Assembly: GCA_964386905.1 (NCBI GenBank)
Contig: CAYLUP010000001.1
Location: 19,905 to 83,904 of the forward strand
Length of the DNA stretch: 64,000 bases
Source: an uncultured Candidatus Saccharibacteria bacterium
GTDB taxonomy: Bacteria; Patescibacteriota; Minisyncoccia; Phycocordibacterales; UBA6899
Direction of reading: 5' to 3'
Part shown: in pieces, positions 45,088 to 54,580 of the stretch
Position numbering within the stretch: the stretch's first letter is position 1
Layout of the letters: every line of letters begins with the position of its first letter
Translations under genes and position numbers: made by a program
Notes under the pieces: generated by a model
Database searches by the model: none
What the model was told of the DNA's origin: nothing
Seen by the model: the letters and a program-made list of their open reading frames with translations, nothing else

Positions 45088-45417
45088 TTACGCCCCATGT
45101 TCATGTGCACGTGCCGCAGCATTCTCCTCGCTAATCATCCTTCGAATTCTTTGTTCTTCTGCTAATGGGTTACGCAATGCGTGCAAAAGGCTTTCTTTGG
45201 TTCCGTCTGTATAATATGTTGACCGATAGCCTAGCACCCGAAGATATTCTCTTTCAAGTTGTTCAGTCGTCATATTTTCGAAGGAAGTGATGGGTGTTAC
45301 ATCTGTCTCTTCTCTGGAAGGCGAAAGAAGATGGGGAATTTCATTTTCTCCAACTGATTTATCTTCCGTACGAAATAAGGGAAGATCTGACCATTCAGAA
45401 TCTGGTTGCATTTCCAT
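45088..45417 (-). CDS. Hypothetical protein.
   Basis: Coding-like ORF divergent from the deaminase gene. The start is uncertain. Confidence 0.35.
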   Translation of the reverse strand: MEMQPDSEWSDLPLFRTEDKSVGENEIPHLLSPSREETDVTPITSFENMTTEQLEREYLRVLGYRSTYYTDGTKESLLHALRNPLAEEQRIRRMISEENAAARAHEHGA

Positions 45418-45485
45418 TCTTGTATCATAACAAAAGGAGATATTTGCACAATACGCAGATGTGCATTTTGTGGTACGATAATTAT

Positions 45486-45959
45486 ATGACATATGAACGA
45501 CCAGATTGGGATACATATTTTATGAATATTTGTGACGTTGTTGGCACACGTTCAACATGCGATCGAGGAAGAGTTGGTGCCGTTGTTGTTCGAGATAATC
45601 ATGTTCTCTCAATGGGATATGCAGGCGCACCTCGCGGACTTGTTTCGTGCGATGATGCCGGGCATGAAATGCACACCGTCACCCACGCAGATGGTAATAT
45701 GACACACCACTGTATTCGCACCACACACGCAGAGCAAAATGCTATCGTGCAAGCAGCGCGCGTCGGTGTGTCGCTTGAGGGGTCAACGGTATATGTGCGC
45801 ATGACACCATGCTACACGTGTGCGAAGATGATTGTGAATGTTGGAATTCGACGTGTGGTAGTGAGACAAGAGTATCAAGCAAGTGCACGCACAAAAGAAA
45901 TTTTTCGTGATGCTGGAATTGAATTAGTTATCCTTGATCAGCAGGTTGCACAATATTAA
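45486..45959 (+). CDS. dCMP/cytidine deaminase-family zinc enzyme.
   Basis: HAEQNAI (H-A-E) and PCYTCAKMI (PCxxC) zinc-binding motifs. Start moved to MTYERPDW. Confidence 0.85.
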   Translation: MTYERPDWDTYFMNICDVVGTRSTCDRGRVGAVVVRDNHVLSMGYAGAPRGLVSCDDAGHEMHTVTHADGNMTHHCIRTTHAEQNAIVQAARVGVSLEGSTVYVRMTPCYTCAKMIVNVGIRRVVVRQEYQASARTKEIFRDAGIELVILDQQVAQY

Positions 45960-45982
45960 ACGCCCCATCTCTGGGGCGTATT

Positions 45983-46840
45983 TTATGCGTGTGCTCTAGC
46001 GAGAAGTGGACTGAGCTTTTCTGCTAAATATCCACTTGTGATTTTTGATTTTTTTATCGGGTGATGTTCTGGTGTCCCGTAGGAAAGTACTCTTCCACAT
46101 GGAGACAGTATCCAATCTTTTTCTTCGTGAACTTCCTTGATCAGTTTTACAAGGCAAAGGTGGTTCAATGGAAGAGATTCGTTGGGGTGAGCAATAATAC
46201 CAATGAAATTGTGGTATTCGAAAATGATTACGCATGGAGAGCGTCTTTCAAAGACGAGATTGTGCACTGCGTGAAGTTGGCTATGCTCACTATGAGCAAT
46301 GCGTCCGCATGGAGTGAAGACAATTTTTTTTAAATCACGTTCGAGCGCCGATTGTTTCTTCAAGAGGAGCGGATATCCTTCGAGGATTGGAGCCACGCAA
46401 GACAAGAGGTCCCGACAATTTTTTGTATAGACAAGTTTTAGGCTTTCAAACACACTAAAAATATTTGTCAGATGACCTATGGTTGCAACATCTTTCGGTG
46501 CATGTTGGAACAGTTGCCTGGCTGGGTCCACGTGAGGAAGTTCTGCATCAAGGAACTGTGCGAGTGGAAGGTATATGCGTCTTTCATCCTTCGGTGCAAG
46601 CGACTCAAGTATATCTGTGAGCCCTTGATAGCAAGTTCCAAGTTCTTGAAAGTGGTTTTTTCGGGTATCATATTGAAAGAGCTTTCCAATAAAAATGTCA
46701 CCCTTTTTGAAATCGTTTCCTTTCCATGAGAATGTGTGGGTTTTGATGGCCGCAATGCGCGCTGCCTCAGAATAACGGCGAAGTGCCCAGAGTGCCGCAA
46801 TTGCAGAAAGGGAAGGGTTGCTTTCAAGAAAGATGTTCAT
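45983..46840 (-). CDS. Hypothetical protein with a duplicated (T/S)PCGR(I/V)...EH motif.
   Basis: AGGAGtcacATG SD. Start moved to MNIFLESNPS. Motifs FTPCGRIAHSEH and LSPCGRVLSYGTPEHH. Confidence 0.55.
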   Translation of the reverse strand: MNIFLESNPSLSAIAALWALRRYSEAARIAAIKTHTFSWKGNDFKKGDIFIGKLFQYDTRKNHFQELGTCYQGLTDILESLAPKDERRIYLPLAQFLDAELPHVDPARQLFQHAPKDVATIGHLTNIFSVFESLKLVYTKNCRDLLSCVAPILEGYPLLLKKQSALERDLKKIVFTPCGRIAHSEHSQLHAVHNLVFERRSPCVIIFEYHNFIGIIAHPNESLPLNHLCLVKLIKEVHEEKDWILSPCGRVLSYGTPEHHPIKKSKITSGYLAEKLSPLLARAHA

Positions 46841-47078
46841 GTGACTCCTATAGATGAGAAGAGCAGGCTGATAATGATTTAACAATATTTGACATCATTT
46901 GTCAATAAAAACTCGCCCAAAAAATGGGCGAGGAATTACTTAAACGGGCAAGAGCCACAGTTTGTGCAATTGCTGCACGTTGTTGGACGGCCGTTTGTAG
47001 CCTTTCCTTTGGTGCACATGGGTACCTCCGTGTTGAAGTATGTCAAAAAAAACCTTTTTGCGCAACAGGACTTGTGTA

Positions 47079-47134
47079 GTTGACAAATATTTTGTTTCCT
47101 ATATCATTCAAATATGCATTTGAATGATTTGTCA
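47079..47134 (+). promoter_or_regulatory. Promoter with a nested palindromic ArsR-type operator.
   Basis: TTGACA-N16-TATCAT. Inner palindrome TCATTCAAATatgcATTTGAATGA spans the -10 box, the TSS and the ATG. Outer inverted repeat TTGACAAAT ... ATTTGTCAA. Confidence 0.6.
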
Positions 47135-47395
47135 AAAAAGATGCGGGTCGTGAGCGATGAAAGCCGTCTTCGTATCCTTTGTACGTTATTTCGTGAGGAT
47201 TATATTTGTGTATCAGATATTGCTGGAAAGAGCGATATGTCTGTCGCAACGACATCGCACCATCTTCAAGTGCTCCAAGACGAGGGTGTGCTCGAATCAA
47301 AGCGTGACGGAAAGCGAATATGCTATACGCTCGTAAATGATGCTTTCGTGCATGACCTTCGAACATTAATATGTAAATATCATCATATCTCATAA
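47114..47395 (+). CDS. ArsR/SmtB-family transcriptional regulator.
   Basis: SDESRLRILCTLFREDYICVSDIA...TTSHHLQVLQDEGVL winged-HTH with a metal-site Cys pair. Start could be 47141. If 47114 is correct, the mRNA may be leaderless. Confidence 0.78.
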   Translation: MHLNDLSKKMRVVSDESRLRILCTLFREDYICVSDIAGKSDMSVATTSHHLQVLQDEGVLESKRDGKRICYTLVNDAFVHDLRTLICKYHHIS

Positions 47396-47399
47396 ATTT

Positions 47400-47645
47400 A
47401 TGACTACACCTACACACACAGTAACTGTATATTCGACACCGACCTGTCCATATTGCGTCTATGCAAAAGAGTATTTTACTCAGAATAATATTCCATTCAA
47501 AGATGTTGACGTGAGCAAGGATCGCACAGCAGCAATGGAGATGATTCAAAAAAGCGGTCAAATGGGAGTGCCCGTTATTGATATTGACGGACACATTACT
47601 GTTGGATTCCGCCCAGACGTCTTTGCACAACAGTTAGGAATATAA
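47400..47645 (+). CDS. Glutaredoxin-like protein (NrdH/Grx, CPYC active site).
   Basis: VTVYSTPTCPYCVYAKEYF ... GVPVIDIDG. 81 aa. Confidence 0.8.
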   Translation: MTTPTHTVTVYSTPTCPYCVYAKEYFTQNNIPFKDVDVSKDRTAAMEMIQKSGQMGVPVIDIDGHITVGFRPDVFAQQLGI

Positions 47646-47692
47646 CAGCATTGATATGCTGTTTTTTCTTGTATTATGCTATACTTTTGTAT

Positions 47693-48103
47693 ATGGAAGA
47701 ATGGAACAAAGCTTTCCGCGTGTGGGTTGAGCGCATACGCATTGCGCCAGATATGTCACTTCGGACGTATGTGATTTCTCTGTCGTGTCTTGGTGTGATT
47801 TTGAGTGGATATACTGGATACATTGTTGCTCGCATTCAAAGTGCCGATGAACATGTTCGCCTTGTGGGTTTTGACTCGTTTACGCCGTGGACGTCAGCAG
47901 AAATGGCGTATGCACGAGGAAATATAGCTGCGCTTGGAGAAGCAGGTGCCAAAGAATTTGTTGCATCGTATGGTGGAAAAGTCTATTATCATAAAACATG
48001 CAAAGGCGTTTCTCGTATTAAAGAGGAAAATCGCGTTTGGTTTTCCGCCGCAGCTGTTGCTGAGATGAGTGGGTATACGCGAGCAAAAAATTGCTCCTGG
48101 TAG
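47693..48103 (+). CDS. Hypothetical membrane-anchored protein.
   Basis: Start moved to MEEWNKAFRV. One TM. No domain recognised. Confidence 0.4.
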   Translation: MEEWNKAFRVWVERIRIAPDMSLRTYVISLSCLGVILSGYTGYIVARIQSADEHVRLVGFDSFTPWTSAEMAYARGNIAALGEAGAKEFVASYGGKVYYHKTCKGVSRIKEENRVWFSAAAVAEMSGYTRAKNCSW

Positions 48104-48134
48104 ATTTAGTGTTTAATGATGATATACTCGCCAT

Positions 48135-49241
48135 ATGAAACAGTGGTTGATTCATCTTCAGCTCGCATACCTTCGGTATCGACATCGTGTGAGTCCATTT
48201 CTTTTTTTGGGGAGTTTTTTCTTGGATCTCAAAATTGTAAAGCGACCAGATAGCCCGGAGACTATTCTCTTTATCTGTATACACCTTCTTTTTACAACAC
48301 TTCTTTCAATCACAGCAGCACGTGCAGCGCATTTTGATATGACGCAACAAGACGTACGCCGATGGTCTCCATCTGCTAAATTGCTTCTTGATATTGCGTT
48401 ACAGTTTACTTTTGGAGCTCTTGCAAGTGCTTTGTTTGTGCTCTATTTCAAAGGGGCTGATCTTGTCATGAGTGGGATTTTTGTGCTCGTGCTTGCGATA
48501 TTCTTGTTCGGAAATGAATTTGCGCATAAACACGTTTCTCGCCTCACTGTGCGGTTCCTTTCTACTGTTTTCCTTGTCTATGCGTTTCTTTTGTATTTTA
48601 TTCCCTTGATTCGGGGACATATAGGATTTTCCTCTGTGTTGCTCGCAACGTTGGGTGCACTTGGTTTCACTACATTCTTTGCATGGTGTATAAAGTATTT
48701 TGCCCCATCATTATTCTTTCGATCGAGATATCTCGTGGGCTTCGCTGCTGTGTTTCTGTTTTTAAGTTTTCCGCTCGGCATTCACTATGGCATTATTCCT
48801 CCACTCCCACTTGTATTGCAGGAGGGTACCGTCGTGCACACCATTGAAAAAGATGCCGGAGTACAATACCTTGTGAGTTATGAACAAAAACCGATTTGGC
48901 AACGTCTTGGCTTGCCTTTTCTTGTCCCAACATACACTATTCCAAAACACGCTCCCGTGAGTTTTTTTACCGCAGTGTATGCACCAACCACATTCGATGT
49001 TCGGATTACACATGTATGGGAGCACTATAATACTCGGTTGCGAGTCTTTGCATTGCGGGCATCAATACCGCTTAGTGTTTCTGGAGGTCGCGCACTTGGA
49101 TATAGGACGTATTCAACACTTTCGGCACCTGATGAGGGGCTGTGGAGAGTAACCGTATTACTTGGAACGGGGCAGGTGCTTGGACATCGCACGTTTCGTA
49201 TTGTTCATGGTACCCCAGAAATAATTTACGGATATAGATAA
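48135..49241 (+). CDS. Hypothetical polytopic membrane protein with a C-terminal extracytoplasmic domain.
   Basis: About 7 TM helices, then a roughly 150 aa soluble domain. Confidence 0.55.
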   Translation: MKQWLIHLQLAYLRYRHRVSPFLFLGSFFLDLKIVKRPDSPETILFICIHLLFTTLLSITAARAAHFDMTQQDVRRWSPSAKLLLDIALQFTFGALASALFVLYFKGADLVMSGIFVLVLAIFLFGNEFAHKHVSRLTVRFLSTVFLVYAFLLYFIPLIRGHIGFSSVLLATLGALGFTTFFAWCIKYFAPSLFFRSRYLVGFAAVFLFLSFPLGIHYGIIPPLPLVLQEGTVVHTIEKDAGVQYLVSYEQKPIWQRLGLPFLVPTYTIPKHAPVSFFTAVYAPTTFDVRITHVWEHYNTRLRVFALRASIPLSVSGGRALGYRTYSTLSAPDEGLWRVTVLLGTGQVLGHRTFRIVHGTPEIIYGYR

Positions 49242-49251
49242 AAAACACCAT

Positions 49252-50529
49252 TTAGGTGTTTTTTGTTTTACACATTGCTGCGTGTCTCCCGGCTACAAAG
49301 CCTGTTGTCCAACATAATTGAAGACTGAAGCCGCCAGATGGACGATCAATATCGAGACAATCTCCAACAATAAAAAGTGTTGAGTGCAATTTTGAAGACA
49401 TTGTTTTGGTGTTGATTTCTGAAAGGGGAACACCACCGGATGTCACAATTGCGCGATCTGCTCCCATTAGTCCAATAGGAGTAACTGTGATGTGCTTTAA
49501 GAAGTGGGCGATACGTTTTCTGTCTTCTTTTGTGAGTTGGTGAGTTGGCGTGTCGCCATCGATTCGAAGCTGGGAAAGTATCTCGCGTGCGAGTTCCTTC
49601 TCAACAATTTCACAAAGCGCATTTTTGATTTGTTTGTTTTGAATAGGCTGAAGTTGTTCATTCAGCCATGAATGAAGCGCCCCTGCATCCTGTTTTGGGA
49701 AAAGATCAATATCTAGTCGTACTTCTCCTTCCTGCAAAGCGGTAAAAATTGCTCGACTCATATTTAAGATAAGGGGAGCGCTGAGACCAAAATGTGTAAA
49801 AAGAATTTTCCCTTCCTTTTTGAGTGTGACCTTTCCCCTAACACTCAAAGATACACGGACCCCTTCCTTTGCTACACCAGAGAGCCTGTGCGTCCAAGTT
49901 TCTTTTGTCCGTATTGGCACAAGTGATGGGTTCGGTTTAAGTATGGTGTGCCCGAGCGCTTTTAGCCATTGAAATCCATCCCCAGTAGATCCTGTTTCTG
50001 GATGTGACAAGCCGCCTGTCCCAATAATGATTGTTTTCCCTTTTTGAACACCATCTTTGAGGCGCACTTCCCAAAGCTTTGATTCGACGTCCCAACGTAT
50101 TCTCTGTACGATACTATTTGTGAGTACTGTAACATGTGCGGCGCCTAGTCCTTTTTTGAGTGCGTCAAGGACAACTCCAGAACGACCGGTTGCTGGAAAA
50201 AGTCTTCCTGCTGCTTCTTCTTTGAATGGCAATCCGAGATCCTCAAAGAATTGACGGGTCTCATTGAGAGAGAACTGGGAGAATGGAGAGTGGAGGAATG
50301 GGGCTGCTTGTTTAAACTTTGTGAGAAGGATGCGATTGTCTGGAATATTGTTAGCGATGTTGCATCTTCCTCCCCCAGTAATGAGTAGTTTTTTTCCGAG
50401 ATCGGGATTTTTTTCGAGCAGAAGGACGGAAGCACCGTCTCTTCCAGCGCTGATTGCTGCTGTCATACCTGCTGGACCTCCACCAATTACGATAACGTCA
50501 TACTGTGTGGTGTCTATGTGTTTTGTCAT
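49252..50529 (-). CDS. HI0933/BaiN-like FAD-dependent flavoprotein (NAD(FAD)-utilizing dehydrogenase family).
   Basis: YDVIVIGGGPAGMTAAISAGRDG dinucleotide-binding motif. LITGGGRCNIANN signature of the HI0933 family. Confidence 0.85.
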   Translation of the reverse strand: MTKHIDTTQYDVIVIGGGPAGMTAAISAGRDGASVLLLEKNPDLGKKLLITGGGRCNIANNIPDNRILLTKFKQAAPFLHSPFSQFSLNETRQFFEDLGLPFKEEAAGRLFPATGRSGVVLDALKKGLGAAHVTVLTNSIVQRIRWDVESKLWEVRLKDGVQKGKTIIIGTGGLSHPETGSTGDGFQWLKALGHTILKPNPSLVPIRTKETWTHRLSGVAKEGVRVSLSVRGKVTLKKEGKILFTHFGLSAPLILNMSRAIFTALQEGEVRLDIDLFPKQDAGALHSWLNEQLQPIQNKQIKNALCEIVEKELAREILSQLRIDGDTPTHQLTKEDRKRIAHFLKHITVTPIGLMGADRAIVTSGGVPLSEINTKTMSSKLHSTLFIVGDCLDIDRPSGGFSLQLCWTTGFVAGRHAAMCKTKNT

Positions 50530-50585
50530 GATATGTATAGTAATTGAGTTCATCTCGAAAGACAAGAAAACGCGACTTTGCGCGT

Positions 50586-51335
50586 TTACTTTTTCTTCTC
50601 TATCGTCGTCGCAGAAGTTGTTGTCGCTGTTGCAGATGGTGTTTTCAGGCGTGAAATATTTGGAATGAGTTTCTCTACTTCTTCGCGTGTTTTAAATCCG
50701 TAGTATGCTTTACGATTTAATATGAGGATTGGTGGTTCTTCGCGAGTCCCGTAAATACTTTTGAGCGTTTCGAGTGTCGAGAGTCCGAGATTATAGTCGA
50801 AAGCGTAGATGTGAAGACGATCATACTCTTCTCGCATTTCCGTAAGCACGTGTCCCATTTTAATACAATCAGTACATTCTCCGCTATTTGAATAGAAATA
50901 AATGATGGTATTTTGATCATCGCCGCAACGACGCTGTCTTTCTCGGATAAGGAGGTAGTCCTTAATCATGAGAAGGGAGTAGTCCTTTTTTAGGGCAATC
51001 ACTTCGATGTCTCGAGTTCCACGTTGGCGTTCCATTTCGTCAAGACGACGTGCGAGCTCATTCATCTGCGTAATCTGCATATATCCTGCATTTGTTTCAT
51101 CGCATGCGGCATCGGCAAGGAGTTGGAACTGAATTTCTGTTTCAATAATTTGGCGATTGATGCCTGCTTCGACATTTTTGATTGCTGCCGAGCGAAGACT
51201 ATAAAAGTAATTTGAAGCCAAGAATGCTATCGCAAAAATTCCTAGCGTGATCAAAAAAACAATAAAAAACTTTTTCCCTGAAATGTTCTGTTGTTGTGTG
51301 ATTGGTTGTTCCATAGAAGATGGTACTATCTCCAC
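50586..51335 (-). CDS. Membrane-anchored protein with a possible thioredoxin-like CxxC domain (GECTDC).
   Basis: N-terminal TM. Coiled coil. CxxC about 170 aa in. Overlaps the GT2 gene by 10 nt, suggesting an operon. Confidence 0.45.
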   Translation of the reverse strand: MEIVPSSMEQPITQQQNISGKKFFIVFLITLGIFAIAFLASNYFYSLRSAAIKNVEAGINRQIIETEIQFQLLADAACDETNAGYMQITQMNELARRLDEMERQRGTRDIEVIALKKDYSLLMIKDYLLIRERQRRCGDDQNTIIYFYSNSGECTDCIKMGHVLTEMREEYDRLHIYAFDYNLGLSTLETLKSIYGTREEPPILILNRKAYYGFKTREEVEKLIPNISRLKTPSATATTTSATTIEKKK

Positions 51336-52582
51336 TTTGCCTCTTTTGAGGTAAGAAGATTGTATAATGATTTTCCAAGCCAGAATGGTGCAATGAGGCC
51401 ATAGAGGAAAAGGAATGAAATAGTTCCTTTTGCAAGTGTGTATTTTTTTCGAACGAGTCTGACTCCAAATGTGATATAGAGTAAAGTTCCGGTAAACAGT
51501 GCGTAGATTAGAAGGCGATTGAACGTGAGATCATAGGTAAATAAATCAAATTCAAAGCGCGGCAGTCCAAAATGAAAACCAACTGCTTGCCGATATAAGA
51601 TTTCCTCATAAATAGACTTGAGAACTGTTTTTACGTACGCAGCAGTAAAGAAGAGCGCAGTGAATATGGAAATAAACGCAAAAGGGAGCGAGAGTACGCC
51701 GAGATAGCCATATTCTGTTTTAAGAAACATGTGTCTATAAGAGAAATATGCATTTTTGAGGAAACCCGAAACCCATCGGACGCGCTGCTTGTAGAGTGCG
51801 TAAACTGTTCTTGGGGGTATCGTCCAGACAATAGCAGTATGCGCATTTTCGATTTTGAGCTTGTGGGATTGGATGCGAAGAGCCATCTCCATGTCTTCCG
51901 TTTTGTATGCATCTTTGAAATTTCCAATTTTAGCAAAGAGCTCTCTGCGAAAAAGTGAAAATGGTCCGGGGGTGACATACAGCGCATTTATGCGGGAGAG
52001 AACCTTTCGTGTAAAAGCACCTACCATGTATTCTATCGCCTGAATATGTCGTAACCAGTTGTCTGGTTTCCATATTTGCACAGAAGGTGTTACAGAGACA
52101 ACTGCAGGATCATTTAAGAAGTAGGGGATCATTTCTTGAAGCGCGTTGGCTTCCACGTAGGAATCTGCATCTAGGCACCCAATAATATCGGAAGTGCTTT
52201 CTGCGATTCCAAGATTCATCGCCGTGTGTTTTCCGCCATTTTCTTTTGTAAAAATGCGAATTCGAGGATTTGCTCCAAAATGTTCTTGCGCTACGGCAAG
52301 AGTATTGTCTGTGGAGCCATCGTTAACGAAAAAGACATTTAATTTATCCTCAGGGTAGTCCAGGTTAAGAATGGAGTTGATTGTACCGACGGTCGTAGTC
52401 CCTTCATTCCATGCAGGGACGATAATGGTAACACTTGGAAGTTTCTCGTCTGGAATCTTCTTCCTCGGAACAAAATGCATTTGTTTCCGTTCCTCGATAT
52501 AGGTCAACAACATAAAAACCTCGAAGTAGGTAACTGCGAAGAGGATGGTGATCGTAAGAAACTGCCCAAAATGAGAAAACAT
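51326..52582 (-). CDS. Family 2 glycosyltransferase, processive type (cellulose/chitin/PNAG-synthase-like).
   Basis: VNDGSTDNT, DADS and QRVRW (QxxRW) motifs. Flanking TM helices. Confidence 0.85.
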   Translation of the reverse strand: MFSHFGQFLTITILFAVTYFEVFMLLTYIEERKQMHFVPRKKIPDEKLPSVTIIVPAWNEGTTTVGTINSILNLDYPEDKLNVFFVNDGSTDNTLAVAQEHFGANPRIRIFTKENGGKHTAMNLGIAESTSDIIGCLDADSYVEANALQEMIPYFLNDPAVVSVTPSVQIWKPDNWLRHIQAIEYMVGAFTRKVLSRINALYVTPGPFSLFRRELFAKIGNFKDAYKTEDMEMALRIQSHKLKIENAHTAIVWTIPPRTVYALYKQRVRWVSGFLKNAYFSYRHMFLKTEYGYLGVLSLPFAFISIFTALFFTAAYVKTVLKSIYEEILYRQAVGFHFGLPRFEFDLFTYDLTFNRLLIYALFTGTLLYITFGVRLVRKKYTLAKGTISFLFLYGLIAPFWLGKSLYNLLTSKEAKWR

Positions 52583-53039
52583 AAAAGGGGAGACGTGGCG
52601 AGGCGCCGAGGTCGTTGGGTTTAATACTACTCCAAAAAAAACCTTATGTAAAGCCCTATTTTACTAAAATAAAGGAGATACTGAAAACCTGTGGACAACC
52701 TGTTCTCAGCTATACATTTTGGAAATATGGCCTCAAATATAGAAAAAGTAGAAAATTTGAACACAAAATCTCAAAATGTCAAATATACCCAACAAACAGA
52801 AACGATACGCGCAGGGAAAATACTTTTCTCGAACAATATAAATATGTTCTTATTTATAGCCATATTTTTGCCACACCTGTAAAGCTATTGCACAAAATGC
52901 ATCCATCAGTACAATAACCCAGTACTCGTAAAAGACCACTCTCAGAACATTTCTTGTTTTCTGGTGGCATAGTTTCACACACCGCTCACGTCCGAACGAT
53001 ATTCTCCTAGTAATCCGAGCAAGAGTACAAAAACTATTT

Positions 53040-53762
53040 ATGACACAAGAACTTTTCGAGGGTTCTGAGGTTGGTGAACGCGTGGGGCTGCATAACCCGC
53101 AGCCCCGTGCCCGCACCATCGTCGCGCTGCTTGCGGCAATCACAATGATTGCACCAGCAACCGCATTTGCAGGCGCACCCCTCGCGTATCTTGAGCAGGA
53201 AGCAGATCGCTTCATAGAGCGTATTGAAACGCGCTATGCAGACCATATTGATTCTGTTGCCATGCTCGCTGATTATGATCGCGATATGATTATATCTGTT
53301 ATCGCAATTGAATCAGAAGGAAATCCACGTGCAGCTTCTCCTGTTGGCGCACGAGGGTTGATGCAACTCATGCCAGGTACTGCCAAGTACTTGGGCGTTA
53401 AAGACGTCAATGATCCTTTCCAGAACATTTTGGGAGGAACAAAGTACCTAAAGGAGTTAGAGTCTCGTTATGGGTTCTCTGACACAAAGGAGGCTTTGAT
53501 TGCGTATAATATGGGCCCAGCAAAGGCTCGCCGTTTCCTCTCTCAGTATTCTGCTGATGAGCATGGTTACGTAAAACGCGTTATGCTTATTTACAATCGT
53601 ATTCACGAGAAGAAGCTTGAAGCAGAGCGCCTTGTTGCATACAAGGAGCCTGAAATAAGCGAGGCCAAGCCTCTCACGCTTCGTCCAACTCCAGTTGTTG
53701 CACTTGTTGGACGGCTTGTGAACCCATTGTTGACAGCAGAAGCATCTACAGGACAAAACTAG
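53040..53762 (+). CDS. Lytic transglycosylase (SLT domain).
   Basis: IAIESEGNPRAASPVGARGLMQLMPGTA with a catalytic Glu. Signal-like N-terminus. Confidence 0.78.
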   Translation: MTQELFEGSEVGERVGLHNPQPRARTIVALLAAITMIAPATAFAGAPLAYLEQEADRFIERIETRYADHIDSVAMLADYDRDMIISVIAIESEGNPRAASPVGARGLMQLMPGTAKYLGVKDVNDPFQNILGGTKYLKELESRYGFSDTKEALIAYNMGPAKARRFLSQYSADEHGYVKRVMLIYNRIHEKKLEAERLVAYKEPEISEAKPLTLRPTPVVALVGRLVNPLLTAEASTGQN

Positions 53763-53790
53763 AAAACCGCTATGAGCGGTTTTCTTTGTG
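53762..53790 (+). terminator. Terminator after the transglycosylase gene.
   Basis: gaAAACCGCTatgaGCGGTTTTcttt. Contains the ORF-track alternative start of the next gene. Confidence 0.6.
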
Positions 53791-53810
53791 TTTGTGATAT
53801 AATCGTCAGC

Positions 53811-54524
53811 ATGGTTGATGTCACAATCTTTTCAGCGTTTTTGGCTGGCCTTGTTACTTTTTTGGCGCCATGCACTTTACCACTTGTTCCTGCCTATCTT
53901 GCTTTTCTAGCTGGATCAGAGACACCGGAGCGCCATCAAATTGTAAAGAAGGCGTTCGCTTTTGTTTCTGGTTTTGGGTCCGCAATTGTCATCCTTGCGT
54001 TGTTCGTCAGTCAAATTGGGAGATTTGTTTCTCAATATAGGAATATTCTTCTTTCTATTGGTGGTATACTTTTTATGCTTTTTGGATTGTCTTTGCTCCG
54101 TGTGTTTCGAATTCCACTTCAGTCAAAGGGTCTTCCGACGTTTCTCGCCCCAACATCACATTTTGCAGCTTTTCTCTTGGGTTTTGTCTTCACATTCGGG
54201 TGGAGTCCTTGTGTTGGTCCAATTCTTGGTAGTATTTATGTCCTTGCTGCTCAATCGGGCTCAGTTTTTTTAGGGACAACGCTTCTCCTCGCATATGTTC
54301 TCGGACACAGTATTCCTTTTCTTCTTCTTGCGTTCTTCTATGAGAGATCATTTTCCATTGTGAAGACGCTTTCTCGGTACACCCCTTATGTGAATACATT
54401 TGCTGGTATTGTCTTGGTCGTCATTGGCTTCTTGATGATGATTGGGAAATTTGGTCTCGTATTTGGATTTTTTTCTTGGGTGTTTGATGGATCTTGGCAG
54501 GATATATTAACGCGTTTTTTGTAG
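53811..54524 (+). CDS. ccdA: Cytochrome c-type biogenesis / thiol-disulfide transporter CcdA (DsbD family).
   Basis: FLAGLVTFLAPCTLPLVPAYL and GWSPCVGPILG, the two conserved Cys-containing TM motifs. Confidence 0.8.
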   Translation: MVDVTIFSAFLAGLVTFLAPCTLPLVPAYLAFLAGSETPERHQIVKKAFAFVSGFGSAIVILALFVSQIGRFVSQYRNILLSIGGILFMLFGLSLLRVFRIPLQSKGLPTFLAPTSHFAAFLLGFVFTFGWSPCVGPILGSIYVLAAQSGSVFLGTTLLLAYVLGHSIPFLLLAFFYERSFSIVKTLSRYTPYVNTFAGIVLVVIGFLMMIGKFGLVFGFFSWVFDGSWQDILTRFL

Positions 54525-54537
54525 TGCGCATGATATA

Positions 54538-54572
54538 CTATAGACATATGCATTATGTCTATAGTTTTTTGT
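54538..54572 (+). terminator. Perfect 11 bp inverted repeat plus T-run after ccdA.
   Basis: CTATAGACATAtgcatTATGTCTATAGtttttt. Confidence 0.6.
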
Positions 54573-54580
54573 TATGGGCT

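Noticed and set aside
52583-53039. The 100-aa plus-strand ORF at 52615-52917 and the minus-strand ORF at 52850-53215, in the AT-rich spacer between the GT2 and transglycosylase genes.
   Set aside because: The composition is AT-rich and Lys/Tyr-biased, and there are no SD or motifs. The spacer more likely holds promoters for the divergent genes.
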